NCBI GenBank assembly: GCA_963715335.1
Contig: CAVQRZ010000022.1
Span: 32,001 to 96,000, forward strand
Reading direction: 5' to 3'
Source of the DNA: an uncultured delta proteobacterium
GTDB lineage: Bacteria; Desulfobacterota; Desulfuromonadia; Desulfuromonadales; BM103
Length of the DNA: 64,000 nt
Below the pieces are notes generated by a model. It was not told the DNA's origin. It was given only the letters and a program-made list of their open reading frames with translations, and ran no database searches. The position numbers were made by a program, and so were the translations under genes. This document shows, piece by piece, positions 1-7,695 of the stretch (its first letter is position 1; the number at the start of each line of letters is the position of its first letter).

Positions 1-136
1 GTCTCAGGGCAATCACGGACGGACCAGCTCTTAGATCGTATTCTGCCCGACATATCAAAGGGTTTTGCCATATAGTTCGTGTAAGATTTACGTTTTTATA
101 GCTCCAGATAATTGCCTGCTTCCAGGAGAGCGACCC

Positions 137-1327
137 ATGCGCATTACTCCCGCAACCGAGTTGATCAACCGCATCAAAAAACTGCAAAAAGAAATGGCTA
201 TCCACAACCTTGAAGCCGTCCTGATGCTGCAGAATGCGGATCTTTTTTACTTCACCGGCTCAATCCAGCAAGGGGTGTTATTCGTCCCGCTTGAAGGCGA
301 ACCACTCTATCTCGTGCGCAAAGATTATGGCCGTGCCCGCATGGAATCAGGGCTGAAGGAGGTCATCGCGTTTTCCAGTCCCCGGGATATCCCGGGGGTT
401 TTAACTGATTTCAACTACCCCATGCCGAGCAACCTCGGTATGGAACTCGATGTCATCCCGGTCCTCGTCATGAACCGATTCAGAAAAGCGATGGGAAATG
501 CCGAGGTTACTGATGCAACGCCGCTGATTCGATCGGTGCGCGCAGTGAAATCCGATTACGAGATTAATATTCTCAAGGATGCAGCCCTGATTGTCGACAA
601 GGTCTGCAAGCGTGCCCGGGAAGTGATCCGTGAAGGCATGACCGACCTGGAGCTCGCGGCAGAACTTGAATTTACCGCCCGCAAGGCTGGTCACCAGGGG
701 TTTGTCCGTATGCGGGGATTCAATAATGAACTCTTTTACGCACATGTTTTTTCCGGTAATGACAGTGCGGTGCCAACCTATTCGGATACGCCTCTTGGCG
801 GTGTCGGCCTAAACCCCTCTTTTCCCCAGGGGGCCAGTTACAAGAAGATTCGTCGCCACGAACCGATCACGGTCGATTTCTCCGGGATTTTTGATGGCTA
901 TATCGTTGACCAAACCCGGATGTTCAGTATCGGTGAATTGCCGGACCAGTTATCAAATGCATATCATGACATGCTGGCGATCCAGGAACATGCCAAGCAG
1001 GCTGCCAAGCCCGGTGTGAGTTGGGGTGGCCTCTATGATGAATGTCTGCAGATGGCCTGCGATCTGGGTTACCAGGACCATTTCATGGGCGCCAAGGGCG
1101 CCCAGGTCTCGTTTATTGGACATGGAACCGGGATCGAACTCGACGAATACCCTTTCATTGCAAGAGGCTTCAATAATTACCAACTGGAGCAGAACATGGT
1201 CTTTGCCTTTGAACCAAAAGCCGTTTACCCAGGACTTGGTGCAATCGGTGTGGAAAACACTTTCTGGGTGGGCAAGGATGGACTGAAACACCTGACCTTC
1301 GCGGACCAGGGGCTCGCAGTCTTGTGA
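137..1327 (+). CDS. Xaa-Pro peptidase / M24 family metallopeptidase
   Basis: Creatinase N-domain (NADLFYFTG) and M24 motifs DQTR, GHGTGIELDE, EPK, GVEN; AGGAG precedes ATG at 137. Confidence 0.9.
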   Translation: MRITPATELINRIKKLQKEMAIHNLEAVLMLQNADLFYFTGSIQQGVLFVPLEGEPLYLVRKDYGRARMESGLKEVIAFSSPRDIPGVLTDFNYPMPSNLGMELDVIPVLVMNRFRKAMGNAEVTDATPLIRSVRAVKSDYEINILKDAALIVDKVCKRAREVIREGMTDLELAAELEFTARKAGHQGFVRMRGFNNELFYAHVFSGNDSAVPTYSDTPLGGVGLNPSFPQGASYKKIRRHEPITVDFSGIFDGYIVDQTRMFSIGELPDQLSNAYHDMLAIQEHAKQAAKPGVSWGGLYDECLQMACDLGYQDHFMGAKGAQVSFIGHGTGIELDEYPFIARGFNNYQLEQNMVFAFEPKAVYPGLGAIGVENTFWVGKDGLKHLTFADQGLAVL

Positions 1328-1441
1328 CCCATGCGCTTGTATCGCGACGTCCGGTCAAAGGCTTTGGTCGATTGATAGCCGAAACGTTTCGCCCCACTCC
1401 ATAACAATTATGCCGGGTTTGCAGAATAATCTCCTTTGGAC

Positions 1442-1457
1442 TGTGTAATATTATACA
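1442..1457 (+). promoter_or_regulatory. Putative enhancer-binding-protein site (TGT-N10-ACA)
   Basis: TGTGTAATATTATACA, near-palindrome ~85 nt upstream of a sigma54-like element. Confidence 0.4.
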
Positions 1458-1540
1458 AATAGCCTCACGCTTTAAAGCCCATCACTGCAGGTTCCTTATT
1501 ATCTTCCTTAATAACAGATAGTTAGATGCGACTGACGACA

Positions 1541-1557
1541 TTGGCATGAATGTTGAT
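1541..1557 (+). promoter_or_regulatory. Imperfect sigma54 (-24/-12) promoter
   Basis: TTGGCATGAATGTTGAT: TGGCA plus GG-N10-GA instead of GC. Confidence 0.4.
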
Positions 1558-1621
1558 TTATGTACTCAAGTTCAAGGCTGTTTTGTGTCCGAAATCGATT
1601 AATCAACCAGAGGTGAGACCA

Positions 1622-2482
1622 GTGAATAAAAGTTTAAGGCTTTATGTAACTCTTGGCATCGTTGCTTCGGCGCTTGCTGCTGGCGCCTGGCTGTTTGTCC
1701 CGTCAGGTGGTGCCGCGGCCAATGCCGCGCTTGCCGAATACCAGATCGAAAAAATGACCTGCGGATCCTGTGTCGGTAATATCGAGAAAGCACTGTCGAG
1801 TCTCGATGGTGTCGATTCAGTTGAAGTCAATCTGACCAGCAATCGTGGCCGTGTGACTTACGACCCCGCCGAGATAGACAGCAGTGCTATCGCGGCAGCT
1901 ATCACAAATGCCGGGTATCCTGCAAGCCTGCGGCTGCAGCTTGATCCACAGGAATATGCTGCACTACAGCAGGAACAGGCTCAACTTGGCCAAAAGTATC
2001 TGGCACGCATCGGTGACCGACTCCTTGCCCGCAATGATTTTGAACAGATGGTACAGCAACGCGCCGCTGATACTGCCTCGCCCGAACAGCAAAACCAGCT
2101 CTGGCAAGCTGTATGGAAAGAGGTCCTGCAACGTGAATTGCTGCTTTCTGCGGCTGAAAAGAACCGGATCATAATCCAGGATGGTGAGGTCGATGCCAAG
2201 CTGGACGAATTGCGCCAGAAGCACCAGGGACTGGAGCAGCTGGTTGTCAAACGCTACGGCAGCATGGACACCTACCGCACGCGCCTGCGCGAAGACATGG
2301 TCATCAGTCGCAATATCGAAGATCACGTTTATGCCGGAGTTGACGACCCTCGTGAGCAGCAGGGTAAGTTGCAGGCGTGGTACGCCGACCTGCAGGAAAC
2401 GACAGAAGTGATCATCTTTGATCCGCAACTCAAATCAGTCGGTCAGAATGGCGGCGGCGGGTGTGCCTGCTGCAGCAGCTGA
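1622..2482 (+). CDS. Membrane-anchored HMA (heavy-metal-associated) domain fused to a SurA N-terminal-like chaperone domain, Cys-rich tail
   Basis: N-terminal TM; MTCGSC motif; RELLLSAAEKNRIIIQDGEVDAKLDEL resembles SurA_N; ends GGGGCACCSS; GAGGTG precedes GTG 1622. Confidence 0.8.
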   Translation: MNKSLRLYVTLGIVASALAAGAWLFVPSGGAAANAALAEYQIEKMTCGSCVGNIEKALSSLDGVDSVEVNLTSNRGRVTYDPAEIDSSAIAAAITNAGYPASLRLQLDPQEYAALQQEQAQLGQKYLARIGDRLLARNDFEQMVQQRAADTASPEQQNQLWQAVWKEVLQRELLLSAAEKNRIIIQDGEVDAKLDELRQKHQGLEQLVVKRYGSMDTYRTRLREDMVISRNIEDHVYAGVDDPREQQGKLQAWYADLQETTEVIIFDPQLKSVGQNGGGGCACCSS

Positions 2483-2523
2483 ACTGTTTGAGACTGAAAG
2501 CCAAAAAATAGAGGAGGAACAGA

Positions 2524-3045
2524 ATGTCCGAACGTGAAACCAAACGTGAGCAATTCAACCAGAAGCCTGCTTCAGGGAAGAAGTTTCTGGCCCCCGTTAT
2601 CATCGCGATAGTCGCCTTGGCCGCTGTTGGGGGCTGGGTTCTTTTTGGCCAGAGTCCAGTTGGTGGGCCTGAGCTGGTCTCTGCGGGCCAGGACGGCAAA
2701 ATCCGTTTTAACGCGCCAGATTTCAATGATGGCAAAGCCCGTTTCTATCGTTTTAAAGGGCAGACCGGTGCGGTCGACTTTTTCGTCGTGCGCAGTCACG
2801 ATGGGGTCCTCCGCAGTGCCTTTGATACCTGTGACGTCTGTTACAAAGCGCGTAAAGGGTATCGCCAGGAAGGCGATGACATGGTCTGCAACAACTGTGA
2901 TCAGCGTTTCCGCACCGATATGGTCAATGTAGTCAAGGGCGGATGCAATCCTGCCCCGCTGCAGCGGCAGCTGATCGGTGAGACCCTTGTCCTTTCTGTC
3001 AATGACATTGAAAAGGGCGCCTGGTATTTCAGCTCTGTGAACTAA
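2524..3045 (+). CDS. DUF2318-like membrane-anchored Cys-rich (predicted metal/Fe-S) protein
   Basis: AFDTCDVC..GYRQEGDDMVCNNC..GGCNP pattern; N-terminal TM; GAGGAGG RBS. Confidence 0.85.
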   Translation: MSERETKREQFNQKPASGKKFLAPVIIAIVALAAVGGWVLFGQSPVGGPELVSAGQDGKIRFNAPDFNDGKARFYRFKGQTGAVDFFVVRSHDGVLRSAFDTCDVCYKARKGYRQEGDDMVCNNCDQRFRTDMVNVVKGGCNPAPLQRQLIGETLVLSVNDIEKGAWYFSSVN

Positions 3046-3056
3046 AGGTATTTATC

Positions 3057-4214
3057 GTGCGACTTGAGCATATCGTTTTGCATAATCTCCGGCGCCGCAA
3101 GGGGCGGGCGATTTTCCTTGTCATCGGCCTGCTGATCGGCGTTGCAACCGTCGTCACCTTGTTGTCACTGACCGATGCCCTTGGCCAGCGTGCCCAGCAT
3201 GAGCTGGAAAACTTCGGCGCCAATATCATTATCACCCCGCGCAGTGACGAACTCTCCTTGAACTACGGCGGCGTCCAGCTCAGCGGCGTAAACCTCGTTG
3301 CCAAAGAGATTGAGCAGGCGAGCCTGGTCAAAATTGACGATATACCGAACCGGCGCAACGTGGCGACCATCGGGCCCAAAGTGCTCGGCGCGGTCGAGGT
3401 CGAAGGCCAGCGGGTTATGATGATGGGTATTGACCCGGCCGCCGAGCTGAAACTGAAGCGCTGGTGGTCAATTGCCGGTCGCCCGGTTGAAAAAGGCAAT
3501 GAACTTCTGATCGGTGATTTAATTGCCAAACGGTTCAACCTGAATATGGGAGACATCTTGCAGGTCAACGGGCATGACTACACGGTGGTCGGCCTGCTGG
3601 CCAGGACCGGTTCCCAGGATGATCAGCTTCTGATCGCACCCCTCCCGGTTGCCCAGGCCGAACTCGGCAAACCGGGGCAGGTGAGCATGATCGAAATCGC
3701 CGCCCTCTGCCATGACTGTCCGGTGGAAGACATGGTCAACCAACTGCAGCAAGCCCTGCCTGACACCGATGTCCAGGCAGTGCAGGAGGTGGTCAAGACC
3801 CGCATGCACGCACTCGACCAGTTCCGGCTGTTTGCCTGGGGAGTTGCCGTCACGGTAATAGTCATCGGTGCCCTGCTGGTGTTTGTCACCATGATGGGTG
3901 CCATCAGTGAGAGGACACGCGAAATCGGGATTTTTCGGGCAATCGGCTACCGCCGCCGGCATGTCCTGCACATGGTCCTGATGGAAGCGGCAATCGTCAG
4001 CACACTGGCCGGTGTGCTCGGCTACCTGGTCGGTGTGGGGGCAACCCTGTCGGCATTGCCTCTGCTCGAAGGCGGCAAGGCCAGCTGGCACTGGAACCCC
4101 ACGCTGGCCATTACTGCTGTCCTTGCTGCCGTCCTTGTCGGCCTGCTGGCATCTTTGCAACCAGCCTTGCGTGCCAGCCGTCTCGAGCCGAGCGAAGCGC
4201 TCAGGGCGCTCTAA
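3057..4214 (+). CDS. MacB/FtsX/LolE-type ABC transporter permease
   Basis: One TM, large periplasmic domain, then three TMs; SERTREIGIFRAIG; C-terminal PALRASRLEPSEALR; periplasmic ALCHDCP. Confidence 0.92.
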   Translation: MRLEHIVLHNLRRRKGRAIFLVIGLLIGVATVVTLLSLTDALGQRAQHELENFGANIIITPRSDELSLNYGGVQLSGVNLVAKEIEQASLVKIDDIPNRRNVATIGPKVLGAVEVEGQRVMMMGIDPAAELKLKRWWSIAGRPVEKGNELLIGDLIAKRFNLNMGDILQVNGHDYTVVGLLARTGSQDDQLLIAPLPVAQAELGKPGQVSMIEIAALCHDCPVEDMVNQLQQALPDTDVQAVQEVVKTRMHALDQFRLFAWGVAVTVIVIGALLVFVTMMGAISERTREIGIFRAIGYRRRHVLHMVLMEAAIVSTLAGVLGYLVGVGATLSALPLLEGGKASWHWNPTLAITAVLAAVLVGLLASLQPALRASRLEPSEALRAL

Positions 4215-4229
4215 CCGGGATAATAGAAT

Positions 4230-4937
4230 ATGAGCCTGATTACATTTGATAAAGTGAACAAAAATTATCTCAATGGCGCCGACTGTGTGATTGCTTTGAA
4301 CGGGTTGTGCCTGACTGTCGAAGAAGGGACTTTTCTCGGCGTGATGGGACCGTCCGGAAGTGGCAAAAGCACGCTGCTCAGTGTGCTCGGCGGGCTGGCC
4401 AGCCCATCGTCCGGTTCAGTCAGTGTCGATGGTATCGATGTCTACGGGTTGTCGGTCGAAAAACAGGCCGATTTCCGTCGTGAATACCTCGGCTTTATCT
4501 TTCAGTCCCACAACCTGATCCCATACTTGAATGCCCTGGAAAATGTCATGTTACCGCTGGTTGTGACCAGATTGTCCGCTGACGAAAAACGTCGACGTGC
4601 CAATGATATGCTGGCGCGGGTCGGCCTTCCGGACCGCATGCAGCACCTGCCCCAGCAACTTTCCGGAGGAGAGCAGGAGCGCGTTGCAATAGCCCGGGCC
4701 CTGGTCAACAATCCGCCCTTGCTGCTCGCGGACGAGCCGACCGGAAGTCTTGATACGGCGACCAGTCTCCAGGTAATGAGTCTGTTGAAGGAACTGCATG
4801 AGGACGGCCAGACGATCATAATGGTTACCCACAACCGCGAGAATCTGCAGTGGTTTGATCGCACCGTATATTTACGTGACGGCCGGGTCGAGAAGGATCT
4901 TTGCAATGCCCGCGACGAACTGCCGCAGGCGATATGA
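4230..4937 (+). CDS. ABC transporter ATP-binding protein (LolD/MacB-like)
   Basis: Walker A GPSGSGKS, signature LSGGEQERV, LLLADEPTGSLD, H-loop VTHN. Confidence 0.95.
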   Translation: MSLITFDKVNKNYLNGADCVIALNGLCLTVEEGTFLGVMGPSGSGKSTLLSVLGGLASPSSGSVSVDGIDVYGLSVEKQADFRREYLGFIFQSHNLIPYLNALENVMLPLVVTRLSADEKRRRANDMLARVGLPDRMQHLPQQLSGGEQERVAIARALVNNPPLLLADEPTGSLDTATSLQVMSLLKELHEDGQTIIMVTHNRENLQWFDRTVYLRDGRVEKDLCNARDELPQAI

Positions 4938-4943
4938 GGTTGT

Positions 4944-5204
4944 ATGTTCCTGATTTTTATTATCAGTCTGTCGGTAATTTTTTACTACATCTGCCTGGAG
5001 GCAGACAAGCCGACTCCACCCGAGGTGCCGTTGACCGGTGAGTGCCCGGGGTGTGCCGAAAAGGTCGTTTCAGGCTGGTTGGTTTGCCCGCAATGTAAAA
5101 CCGTACTGAGAGAGACCTGTCCGGGCTGTGGTAAAGTGCATGACTCCTGGGTTCGGTACTGCCCCTGGTGTCGTCATCAGAATCAAGCTTCAGCGCGTAG
5201 GTAA
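4944..5204 (+). CDS. Small membrane-anchored double zinc-ribbon protein
   Basis: N-terminal TM then CPGC, CPQC, CPGC, CPWC; GAGG RBS; 6 nt after the ATPase stop. Confidence 0.8.
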   Translation: MFLIFIISLSVIFYYICLEADKPTPPEVPLTGECPGCAEKVVSGWLVCPQCKTVLRETCPGCGKVHDSWVRYCPWCRHQNQASARR

Positions 5205-5207
5205 TCA

Positions 5208-5543
5208 ATGAGAAAGTTCTGCGAAAAATACAGAATCTCATGGTTTGTCGGCTTCTGCCTGGCAGGGATTCTCGCAATCGTGGTCTGTAATGTCTGCCTG
5301 CTTTACTTCGGTCATTGCGTGGTCAGCGATTTTCTGCGAATCCCTCCGGTTGGCTGGTTTATCATTGCTGCCAACCTGGTTGCAGGAGCGGTCCTCGCCA
5401 TGATCAGGCAGCGTGGTGGGCAAAGGCCGGGGAATCACTGCTCTGGCTGCGATGTAGAGTTGCGCGAGGGCTGGGTGTACTGCCCGAACTGCGGTGAGGA
5501 TATGCTGTACGGGACTGCATCCAGAGAGGCGCGAGGCGCATAA
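5208..5543 (+). CDS. Two-TM membrane protein with C-terminal zinc ribbon
   Basis: Two hydrophobic segments then CSGC..WVYCPNCG; 3 nt after the previous stop. Confidence 0.75.
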   Translation: MRKFCEKYRISWFVGFCLAGILAIVVCNVCLLYFGHCVVSDFLRIPPVGWFIIAANLVAGAVLAMIRQRGGQRPGNHCSGCDVELREGWVYCPNCGEDMLYGTASREARGA

Positions 5544-5560
5544 CAAGGGGCACTGGAAAC

Positions 5561-5608
5561 GCGAAGTGCGAAGTGCGAGGTGCGAGGTGCGAGGTGCGAG
5601 GTGCGAAC
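5561..5608 (+). repeat. Heptanucleotide tandem repeat (GCGARGT)x6 plus a partial copy
   Basis: gcgaagt x2, gcgaggt x4, gcgaac; between convergent genes. Confidence 0.95.
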
Positions 5609-5685
5609 AGGCTGAGCAGCAAGCAAGGGGATATGTCCCCAGCTGTTCCCGTGTTCTGTCCGTGCTGACGAGCGTCGTGCATGGT

Positions 5686-6162
5686 TCAGATGATCCCGTC
5701 CAATGGCATCTCGGTGCTCTCCAGAACCGTTTTCAGTGCAAACGACGATTGCACCCGCATCACGCCGGGCAGGCTGGTGAGCTTGTTGTGCACGCGCACA
5801 TAGTCGGCATTATCCCTGGTGATGACTCTCAGTAGATAATCGAAGTCGCCGGCCATCAGGTAGCATTCCATGACTTCTGCGACCTTGTTGATTTCCGCTT
5901 CGAAAGCCAACAGCTTCTCACGTTGCTGTCCGTCCAGCGTCACCCTGACGAACACATTGTCCGGTTTGCCTATCGCGCCCTGATTGATCAGCATCACATA
6001 GCGGTCGATAATGCCGCTTTCCTCGAGCAGTTTGACTCGACGCAGGCAGGCCGATTCCGACAAACCCACTTCTGCAGCCAACTGTACATTTGACAGGCGG
6101 CCGTTCTCCTGTAGCTTTTTTAGAATGGAGCGATCTATGGCGTCGATTTCAATCTTTGGCAT
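5686..6162 (-). CDS. Lrp/AsnC family regulator (AldR-like)
   Basis: IDAIDRSILKKLQENGRLSNVQLAAEVGLSESACLRRVK HTH; ECYLMAGDFDY; divergent from ald. Confidence 0.93.
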   Translation of the reverse strand: MPKIEIDAIDRSILKKLQENGRLSNVQLAAEVGLSESACLRRVKLLEESGIIDRYVMLINQGAIGKPDNVFVRVTLDGQQREKLLAFEAEINKVAEVMECYLMAGDFDYLLRVITRDNADYVRVHNKLTSLPGVMRVQSSFALKTVLESTEMPLDGII

Positions 6163-6187
6163 AATCATCCTTGTTTTCCGAGTAAAA

Positions 6188-6202
6188 TAGAATAATCTTC
6201 TA
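6188..6202. promoter_or_regulatory. Lrp-type operator candidate
   Basis: TAGAATAATCTTCTA near-palindrome resembling the Lrp consensus, between the regulator and ald. Confidence 0.45.
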
Positions 6203-6306
6203 ATAAGTAAGGGTATTGTTCGCTGTTTGCAAGATAATTTCATGGATTTACTGCTAAACTCTATTCATATCAAGCATCTCAACCGCTAGCACTGAAAGGC
6301 CCCGTC

Positions 6307-7419
6307 ATGATTATCGGCATACTCAAGGAGATCAAGATCGCAGAGAATCGGGTCTGCATGACCCCCGCTGGCGTTGAGGTCATGCGTGAAAATGGACATG
6401 ACATCCTGGTTGAAACTGTGGCAGGTGTGGGCAGTGGCTTCGACGATGCCGCTTACCGTGAAGCCGGTGCTGAAATTGTTGCGACTCCGCAAGAGATTTG
6501 TCGCCGGGCGGGCATGCTCATGCACGTCAAGGAGCCCCAACCTGCTGAATATCCGCTGATCCGCGAGGGCCAGATCGTTTTCACCTACTTCCATTTTGCG
6601 GCATCCAAACAGCTGACCAAGGCAATGATTGACAGCAAGGCGGTCTGTATTGCTTACGAAACAATCGTCGGTAAAGATGGCAGTCTGCCTCTTCTGACCC
6701 CGATGAGTGAAGTGGCCGGGCGGATGGCCGCCCAGGAGGCGGCAAAATATGCTGAACGGACACAGGGCGGGCGCGGCATCCTGCTTGGTGGCGTCCCCGG
6801 CGTGCAACCGGCAACCGTGCTCGTCCTTGGTGGCGGTACGGTTGGGACACATGCCGCTCAGATGGCCTGCGGTCTGGGTGCGACGGTCTACCTGCTTGAT
6901 ACCAGCCTGGAGCGTCTGCGTCACCTCGCCGAGGTGATGCCGAAGAACTGCTTTCCGCTGATGTCCTCGCCGGCCACGGTCCGTGAACTGGTCCAGAAGG
7001 CGGACGTGGTGATTGGTGCGGTCCTTCTGCATGGCGCCAAGGCTCCGAAGCTTGTGACCCGCGAGATGCTGAAAACCATGCAACCCGGCGCTGTCCTGGT
7101 TGATGTCGCCATTGACCAGGGTGGATGTTTTGAAACCTCCCGGCCGACAACCCATAGCGAGCCGATTTTTGAAGTCGACGGTATCGTGCACTATTGTGTT
7201 GCGAATATGCCTGGCGCAGTCCCCCTGACCTCGACGATTGCACTGACGAACGCCACTCTGCCTTATGCTTTGCGGATCGCCAACCAGGGATGGCAGGATG
7301 TTTCACGCAACGATCCGGGGGTCAGGGCGGGGCTGAACGTGGTGAGTGGCAAGGTGACCTACGCCGGTGTTGCTGAAGCGTTCGACCTTGAGCACACTCC
7401 GGTTGAGAAAGTTTTGTGA
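6307..7419 (+). CDS. ald: Alanine dehydrogenase
   Basis: KEIKIAENRV, LLTPMSEVAGR, GGGTVG, DVAIDQGGCFETS, HYCVANMPGAVP. Confidence 0.97.
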   Translation: MIIGILKEIKIAENRVCMTPAGVEVMRENGHDILVETVAGVGSGFDDAAYREAGAEIVATPQEICRRAGMLMHVKEPQPAEYPLIREGQIVFTYFHFAASKQLTKAMIDSKAVCIAYETIVGKDGSLPLLTPMSEVAGRMAAQEAAKYAERTQGGRGILLGGVPGVQPATVLVLGGGTVGTHAAQMACGLGATVYLLDTSLERLRHLAEVMPKNCFPLMSSPATVRELVQKADVVIGAVLLHGAKAPKLVTREMLKTMQPGAVLVDVAIDQGGCFETSRPTTHSEPIFEVDGIVHYCVANMPGAVPLTSTIALTNATLPYALRIANQGWQDVSRNDPGVRAGLNVVSGKVTYAGVAEAFDLEHTPVEKVL

Positions 7420-7494
7420 TTGGCTCTGTTGTAATACTTTATTGATTTTTCCACTTCGTAACACGCAAGATAAGCAAGGACAAGATCTTCTTAA

Positions 7495-7572
7495 TTATTG
7501 ATAGAGACATTTAAGACGACAGAACAATGGCCACCGGGATCAATTCCGAGTGGCCATTTTCTTATAGGTCAG
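7495..7572 (+). repeat. Diverged direct repeat copy A (contains hairpin 7526-7558)
   Basis: TTATTGATAGAG-N20-ATGGCCACC...GGTCAG, same layout as 13982-14062. Confidence 0.7.
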
Positions 7573-7630
7573 GATATTGAGGGCATCTTTTACGATTTTG
7601 CGATCTTGATCCACCGTTAATGTCCTTAAG

Positions 7631-7668
7631 CAAACAAGCCCCGCTTCGTAAGAAGCGGGGCTTGTTTG
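7631..7668. terminator. Rho-independent terminator for the cytochrome operon
   Basis: Perfect 17-bp stem caaacaagccccgcttc / gaagcggggcttgtttg with a GTAA loop. Confidence 0.8.
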
Positions 7669-7695
7669 TTCAGTTGATCAAAGATCTCTATGAGA

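Noticed and set aside
1..53. Partial minus-strand CDS start (MSGRIRSKSWSVRDCPE)
   Set aside because: Only 17 codons at the window edge with no clear RBS
2470..2520. Selenocysteine read-through of TGA after CACCSS
   Set aside because: No SECIS-like hairpin follows, and the TGA is not in a Cys-equivalent position
3700..3725. Heme-binding motif in the ABC permease
   Set aside because: The sequence is CHDCP, not CxxCH
5561..5608. CRISPR array
   Set aside because: Contiguous 7-mers with no spacers and no cas genes
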